From an uncultured Thermoplasmata archaeon (lineage in GTDB: Archaea; Thermoplasmatota; Thermoplasmata; Halarchaeoplasmatales; Halarchaeoplasmataceae), in assembly GCA_964394465.1 (NCBI GenBank), contig CAYMXS010000001.1, positions 33,484-97,483 on the forward strand: 64,000 bases of DNA, written 5' to 3'. A program made the translations under genes and the position numbers. The notes below the pieces were generated by a model. The model was not told the DNA's origin and made no database searches. It saw only the letters and a program-made list of their open reading frames with translations. Of this stretch, positions 43,901 through 50,900 are shown one piece after another (positions within the stretch are counted from its first letter, which is position 1; every line of letters starts with the position of its first letter).

Positions 43901-44807
43901 AGACGGCGAGTACATCGAGATATACAACCAGGGCTCAGAAGCAGTGGATCTTTCTGGATGGACTATAGGAGACGATACCAGTGCCAACTACACCTTCGAA
44001 GACTCCCTTGCTATACCGGGACACAGTTATCTAACGGTCTGCAGGGACAAGGCTACCTTCGAAGACCGGTACAATAAAAGTCCGGACGCTTGGGACCTAG
44101 CCCTTTCACTGAACAACGGCGGGGATACACTTACACTGTACGATACAAACGGCCAGACAGTAGATAAGGTGGGCTGGGAACAGAACGGTTGGAGCAACCT
44201 TTCAGCCTCTACAGGAGAGGTCATAAGAAGGGAAGATACTTCTGAAGATACGGACACCGTTGAAGACTGGGTCGTGAGTCAACCGGACCCGCAGGTCTTG
44301 AGCGATGGGGAGTCCTCCACTGGAAAACTCTTAAGCGAGGACTTCGAAGGAGAGCATGACTGGTCGACCAGTGGATTGTGGCATAGTGTAACAGAAAACG
44401 ATCAATACGGTGACAGTCACAGCGGTTCTCATTCGATGTGGTACGGTCAGGATTCAAAAGGAAACTACGATACGGGTTCACGCACCAATGGAATTTTGAG
44501 TTCTCCCACGGTAGATCTATCGAGCGTTTCAGACGCTACGCTGAGATTTCGACACTGGTTCAGGACTGAAAGTCACGAAGATAGCTATGACCACTGTGAA
44601 GTGAAGGTGAACGGAGAGCAGGTATACTTCAGAGACACATCAGATGAGAATGTGGGTTCTGAAGACAACTTCGTCAAGGAAACGATCGATATATCGTCAT
44701 ATGCGGGACAAACGGTCCAAATAGAGTTCGTCTTTGATTCGGTAGACGATTATGACAACGGGTATAGAGGCTGGTACATAGACGACGTGGCAGTCACAAC
44801 AGGTTGA
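40974..44807 (+). CDS. Giant secreted multidomain protein 2: signal peptide, calcineurin-like metallophosphoesterase, PKD domain, GLWH module, lamin-tail domain (LTD), GLWH module
   Basis: 1277 aa. The N-terminal signal is MEWTKKKLITSSLILAALLVLGS. The metallophosphoesterase motifs are FIHMSDLHVG, FITGDVCD, GNHDW and GHTHIES. The PKD domain is FSWDFGDGSTSTETSPSHGYSSPGTYTVELTVEDADG. The LTD is VVISEVYYDVEGTDSDGEYIEIYNQGSEAVDLSGWTIGDD...GGDTLTLYDTNGQTVDKVGW. Two C-terminal modules both end in RGWY(V/I)DDV. Confidence 0.85.
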   Translation: MEWTKKKLITSSLILAALLVLGSFSTPALDLINDSNTDDAGLSQGTVESDVETEEDTKSVPSSSDLDSDGSTAETTDGSKSKSTTSGESDKFCIEIHKIEELDNMDAVGSAEWYYELKVSDDGGSTWEVRESSKPLDDSKDTMIVDNEHFFDVTNDKILFRMTLKDEDSALDDTADISERPDKGWFDDDGKVFKGVYWMENHTVGGDRTEENEIHWLKTSGEWDDSGDDEDTNLLFNVYEKGRPDIKRPIFTVPKIQEKGKNIEVTVTSSEEPNTWNVELFTPSRYPTDLDIEDITKLKDDRWRLECEIPGSMESRLYDLVVSNEFGSDSEYHAVQIVDEIDDEFNFIHMSDLHVGYDEDFYSIPNVKQAIREANLINPDFVFITGDVCDKVMGWYKDQHPDPIDQDRRTLQLLQMFDVPIYVGSGNHDWSYDGYNDERQNIESYKRWINPYLNFSFNYGDHHFSYMDTKSYVGWLNPDSPMGMEGIDWLKNDLEQNIDKTQRFVGYHHPVYPDNFDDESVRSELAQTLIDYNVSMALTGHTHIESIHDAYGNEQTGEMGNPAQPIHATVSDIEGGNNYRLVRVQGNDIADYTYDEDGDGERPANSSIPTGELSVEYTPSNSGDNSKVVATIENGLYEYFEDASISFKVPDDGSDYTVENGTVRNMKDIGAYLRFNVLTDVPEDNTKKVTIRPSNYLEADFTWSPDDPTVQDTVQFDHSGNKNDISSFSWDFGDGSTSTETSPSHGYSSPGTYTVELTVEDADGKTDTSTKQITVSPEDENVNKLNEDFEGDVDWSTSGLWHLTTENDQYGDANSGSNAMWYGQDSTGDYDTGSHTTGSLVSPTLDLSEASEAELTFQHWFETENCDDGHWDKVIVRVNDQQVYYRDTTDDNMGSEDNFVRETIDISEYTGQTIEIQFVFDSVDDYDNAYRGWYVDDVKVTADSGGDEDDDGDEDDEDSGSVVISEVYYDVEGTDSDGEYIEIYNQGSEAVDLSGWTIGDDTSANYTFEDSLAIPGHSYLTVCRDKATFEDRYNKSPDAWDLALSLNNGGDTLTLYDTNGQTVDKVGWEQNGWSNLSASTGEVIRREDTSEDTDTVEDWVVSQPDPQVLSDGESSTGKLLSEDFEGEHDWSTSGLWHSVTENDQYGDSHSGSHSMWYGQDSKGNYDTGSRTNGILSSPTVDLSSVSDATLRFRHWFRTESHEDSYDHCEVKVNGEQVYFRDTSDENVGSEDNFVKETIDISSYAGQTVQIEFVFDSVDDYDNGYRGWYIDDVAVTTG

Positions 44808-44953
44808 ATCAAAATCAAAAAATTCTTTCTATCTTTTCCATCTAATATGCCCCTCTAGAAGCGCATATATGCGGCTGAGCGTTATATATCTACCAATACT
44901 TTTTTACCCCGATAAGAACCGAGGATACCCCCTCCTCGGAGAAGGGATCAACC

Positions 44954-47900
44954 ATGAAAAGAAACAACCTCAAGATTTTTGCGCTCGTGGCCGTTCTATC
45001 CATATTTGTTTCAACGGCGAGCATAGCCTTCACCCCATTGGGAAGTAGTCCGTGGCTTGCCGATGAAGAGGAAGGTGAGGAGTACATAGGGGCGATCATA
45101 CCCTCTAATTACCTCATAGGTAACACTTCTTCCGATTCGGTGGAGTATGGCTTCGAACTGTTCGTCGGTTACAAAGAGAATGAATCCTTGGAAGAATTAA
45201 AGGTGTTCGAACTGAAGGATGCCGAGGATATCGGTTCGGTCATAGGTGGGAAGTTCAGGATAAGCTACGATGGACAGAAACACGTCCTAGAAGAGACGAT
45301 AAACGACAGTTTTGAGGAGGTCATCGAAAGCGAGATGGACGAGGTCATAGACGACCTGTTCAAGAACATAGAGGTAGAGTTCAAATCCGCCAGCCTGACC
45401 ATCGAAGATAACACCTACGGGATAGGCTGTACCGATGAGGAGGACTTCATGTGGATAATGCCCAACGAGTCTTATCCGTCTTTCTTCAACAAGGTGAGGG
45501 TGAAAGGAACAGTTCTAGACGAAGACGCCCTCGAGTCGATAATAGAGAATTTCTCTGCCTTTACCGAAGATTTCATCGATCCCAGTCTTGTTACTGAGGT
45601 GAGCGAGGATCTAGAGATGAATTATACGGGCCTGTTGACCAACTTCATCTTTGTCTCCGACTTTCAATACTTGGGGGATAGAAACGTCGTCGGCGATGTA
45701 GTCGATACGATCACTCCAAGGGACATAGATATAGACGTGCACAAGTCCTCCTCCGCTGAGGGAATAAAAGCGCTGGGAAACGGCTCCTGCGATGCGGCCA
45801 TGACCACCAGAAAAGTGACCCAGGAAGAAGAAGACCTCTATCCAGACTGTGATTTTAACTCCTATCTTATAGCTAGAGACGCTGTTTCTTTGATAGTGGA
45901 TGAAAGAGTTTACGAGGAAGGGGTATCGGACCTAGATAAAGAGGAGATACACGATATATACACCGACGAGATAGACAACTGGAAGTACCTGGGAGGTCCG
46001 AACGAGCCGATACACACGATCGGAAGGACAGAGAGCTGCGATGCACAAAGTACATTTCAACAGTTCATAGGGGAGGGATCGACCTCGGCTGATAATCACG
46101 TAAAGGAAGGCGAAAAGGTGATAGACGAGGTCAAAGATGTTTCAGGGAACGAGTACAGCATAGGTTACGTCAGCACCGGTTACCTAGATGATGATATAAG
46201 ATCACTGAGCGTTCACGGGGTCAAACCGGACAAGACGGCCATCAATACCGAGCAGTACCCCATGACTAGGGAACTTTATGTTTATACCGACGGCGAACCC
46301 ATGGGGTTAGAAAAAGAACTCATAGATATCCTACTAAGCAGAGAAGGTCAGGATGTAGTTGAACAGGAAGGCTTCATCAACGTTACAGAAGGAAACTACA
46401 ACGGTCTAGAGAAGAGTGTAAGCGGTAGACTATCCGTTAAGGGCTCCATGGTGACTGATAAGGTGGTGAATAAACTTTCAGATAGACTCCTGGAGAACAA
46501 CCCTGAAAACGAGAACGTCTCCGACGGTTTTCTCACTTCCGGCACCTCTTGGGTACAAGATACAGGTAGGAGGTCCAACACTGGTATAGCCGTCGTAGCG
46601 TCAAAGGATAACACTTGGAGCGATAACGAGTTCTGGTTCGTGTTCTACGACCAGGGGAGATTTAGAGGTTTCCCGGGCATCTGTGAGATGAACGTCTCCA
46701 GGATGCACTACGAAACGCTGTTCAGGGAGGTCAGTTTCTTGGATGAGGACGACTTCGACCTGGGCATAGATATGAACGTGGAAGTGAACCTCGGCATATT
46801 GAAGAGGATGGAAACCACGGATTATGAAGAGACGACCTTACCTGAGATGTGGTCTCTGCTAGAAGACAACGACCAGTACAGCCAGGTGAAGAACGTAGAG
46901 ACCACTACGTATTCCGCCGTTTTGGACCTTCAGACCGCTTCTAACGTCCTATCAGACCTCTTCGGCATGGACAGCGATGTCACCGAGGATATAGGTGATC
47001 TGACTTCGGATAAGAATCCAGCTATAGCATTGATGCTGGACGGGACCGCCCCCTCTGAATATGAAGAAAACGATGAGTCCATCTGGGACTATACTGGCTT
47101 CGCCATCATCCCGCATTATAGAGAAGGAGATTCCCACTTCAACTATCTAGATATCGAAGGAGTTCTCTACGACCCGGTCACTTACTTCGAACTCGACTCC
47201 TGTGATCATAACGTACCATTGATCATCGCCGACGGATATCACGAGTCTAACGAGGTCAACACGGAGGTCCAATTCAGCTCGGCCAGCGTCGTCGTAGGTA
47301 GAGATACGTACGGCGTTGGATTTACCGATGAAACCAATTATCTCTGGACTGCCCAGGGAGAAGCACTTCCCACTGTCCTCAACGACGTTACCGCTCGAGG
47401 AGTCATCATGCCCACCGATGTTATCGTGGCGATGCTTGAAGAAGTGACCGGTAATATATTCGAGGGCTTCGGCCTTTCAGACCTGGAAACCTACTCGGAC
47501 AATTACAGCGTCAACATATACGGACCGGAGACCAAGTTCCTCTTCGTCTCGGATATAGAGCACGAACCGGACAGGGTGATAGAAGGCGACGTCTTAGACA
47601 CGATAACTCCGGAGGATCTAGATCCGCTCACCTCCAACTACACGACCGAGGGCACGCAATGGCTCCAGAACATGGCCGATAGAAGTGATACGGGACTTGC
47701 CATACTGACCGAGGAGGACAGCAGCATAGAACACAACAAGATATGGTTCCTGCTTTACGATGTCAGGAGATACGACCATTTCCCGGGTAAATGCCAGATG
47801 AAGGTTTCCGTTTCCCATCTGCCAACTCTGCTTGCCAGGAACATAAATCTGGACGATGATTCCTTCGACTTCGGCATGGATATAGACTTCGAGGTCAATC

Positions 47901-50900
47901 TAGGCATCATAGTTGGTGCTAGAGGTCGGCGTTACCAAAGAGAAAGCGTACATGATCTCTGGTCTCTGATCGAAGATGACCATCATCACTCACAGCTGAA
48001 GAACGTAGAGGTCAACAGCTACTGTTTCGTCGTGGACCTGGATACGGTAACGGACTTCGTGGGAGATATGTTGAACATAAGTGACGGTACGGCAAGAAAA
48101 CTAGAGACCATGACTACCCTCAAGAATCCCGCCTTCGTATTCATGCTGGATTCCGATACGCCGGAACAGATAGACGATGAGAACGTTTGGCACTACACCG
48201 GGATCGGTATAATACCGGACTACGAGAAAGAACAGGCAGGCTTCAGATACTTAAGGCTGAGAGGTGTCCTCCACGACCCGGTTCAATACTTAAACCTCAG
48301 CTCTTATATGGACAACATACCATTACTGCTCGTAGACAGTTACAGGGAATCGGATCATAACAACGCGGTGGAAGAGTTCACATCCTGCAGCCTGGTCTTC
48401 GACGAAGATACGTACGGCATGGGCTGGTCGAACGACGATCACTATCTCTGGATGGCCCAGAACGAGAGCTATCCCACCGTTTTCAACGATGTGAGGGCCG
48501 AAGGCGTTCTGTTCCCGACGAACCTTTTAGTCTCTCTGGCCCAAAATGTGAGCGAGCAGGTCTTCGGTGTGATAGACAGTGACAAGACGGAGAACATATC
48601 CTCAGAGTATGGTATAGAGACGAACTACACGAAGATACTCTTCGTTGACCATCTGGATTACATTGGTAACACGGAAGTACAGGGCGACGTGATAGATACC
48701 ATCACCCCGGAAGACATGCATGATCTGGCATCTGAGTTCAGGACCCCTGGTATAGACTGGATGAAGGACATGGTCGAAGAACTCGGCATAGGTCTTGCGA
48801 TATTTTCAGAGAAGGACAACAGCATAAGCGATACGGACCTCTGGTTCATCCTATACGATTCTGAAGAGTACGAAGATTTCGAGGGTATATGCAACCTGAG
48901 CGTTTCGGTTTCCAGCCTGACCTACCTGATAGAGAACGTGACCGATCTGGGAGACGATGCCTTCGACTTCGATCTGAATATATCGTTCTCCGTCAACATC
49001 GGCATCTTGACGGAACTGGAGAACGACGACTACATGCAGAGTTCGGTGACCGGCCTGTGGGATAGGTTGGACCAACCCCATACATACATGCAGGTGGACT
49101 CGGTCAGCGCAAAGGCGTACAGTCTTGTAGTAGACCTAGACAGCGTGATAGACGGTCTCGTGGACATATTCGAGATGGATAGAGGAACGGCCAGCACTAT
49201 CGACAGCATAACCACGTTCAAGAATCCAGCCTTCGCATTCTTGTTCGACGAGAGATCGGGAGAGATGTTCAACGGGAGCGGAACGGCATTCTGGAAGTAC
49301 GGAGCTATAGGCATAATCCCGGATTACGGGGTGGGTGAATCCAATACAAGAGTCCTGCGAGTAGAGGGCGTCCTGTACGACCCTGTCAAGTATTTCGACG
49401 AAGATGCGGATGAATGGAACGTTCCTTTGGTCGTTGTTGACAGCTATCACGAGGCTGAGAAAGATATACAGGACGTCTCCGTCAAGGAAGTTGTCCAGGA
49501 AGACCTAGATATGAACGAGATAGGTAACTTCGGGTGGGCTCACGTGCAGATAGACGCGGTCACTACGGGCTTATCACTCCAGAAACTGATCGAGCTGATA
49601 CCGACTGGAGATCCGACTACAGGACTTATCCAGAAGATAATCTGTGACTTCCCGCTCAAGATAGGGGTCTACGACGGGATGCAGATGGAGGCCATCAATC
49701 AGAGCTATCACGTGCCCATAGTTTATCCGACCATAGGGGAGGCACCCACACACTTCAGCCTGAACATAACCAGAGTGGAAGGTATCTACGTGAGTTTCAA
49801 CGGAACGATGCTGGACAGGGTCAAGGATCATCTAGTAGACAACATAATGCAGCAGCTTGCCGCCATAAATGAGGAACTGGAGGACATATTACCTTCCTAC
49901 ATAGAGGAAAAGCTGTACGAATACGTGGACCTGATATTCGACTCGATACATGTGGCTCCTGGTTTCCTATTTGCTTACTCCATGGAGGACATAGACAACG
50001 AGCCCGCTGAGTTGGAGTTCATGAGCCCTCAGCAGGATGAGGAAGTTGAACCTCAAGACTTCAATATAACCTTCAGCACCACTGACAGTCCGGACGTAGT
50101 GGCCTGGGTGACCCTGAACGTGACCAAGTTCTCCGACTCGGGCGATATAACCGTGAACAACATCCCGATACCGGTCTTCAGAGACGGCATATGGTCTACG
50201 GGAGACACGTGGTGGTGGGGATACGTACAGGATTATATAATCGAGCCATACGGTACAGGTGATTATGAAGTAACGATAAAGGCACATGACTTCCAGGGTT
50301 ATTCCTACTCCATAATAAGGGAGTTCCAGATAGTGGACGATGCACCGGATCCCATCCCTCCAGAATCACACGTAGATCCGTTGCCGGAATATAATCGAAA
50401 CATGTCCTTCGATGTGAGCGCCACGGCATCCGATGATGAAGGAGTTGATGCCGTATCTTTATACTACAGGCACAACGGAGGTGAATGGAAGCACTACGAT
50501 ACGGACGACTGGGGCTTCAACGGCTGGGACTGGTCGTTCAATACCTATTATAGAGGCGATGGGGAGTACCAGTTCTATACCAGGGCCATAGACGACTCCG
50601 GCAACTACGAAGAGATACCGAACGGGAGCGACGAAGTGACCAAGGTGGATTACTATGCACCAGAAACGGAGGCGACTGGACCAGAAAACGTGAACGGATT
50701 CTCCTTCGACCTGAGCTATGAGGTCCAAGATAAGACTTACTCATCCGGCCTTGAATCCGTCACTCTTTACTATACCAGGAACGGAGGCTGGACATGGGAA
50801 GAATACGGAGAGGACACGGATTGCAGCAGTCCTATGACCGTCACGGTAAACGAAGAAGGCACCTACGGCTGGCAGTTCGTCGCGGAAGATAGAGCTGGCA

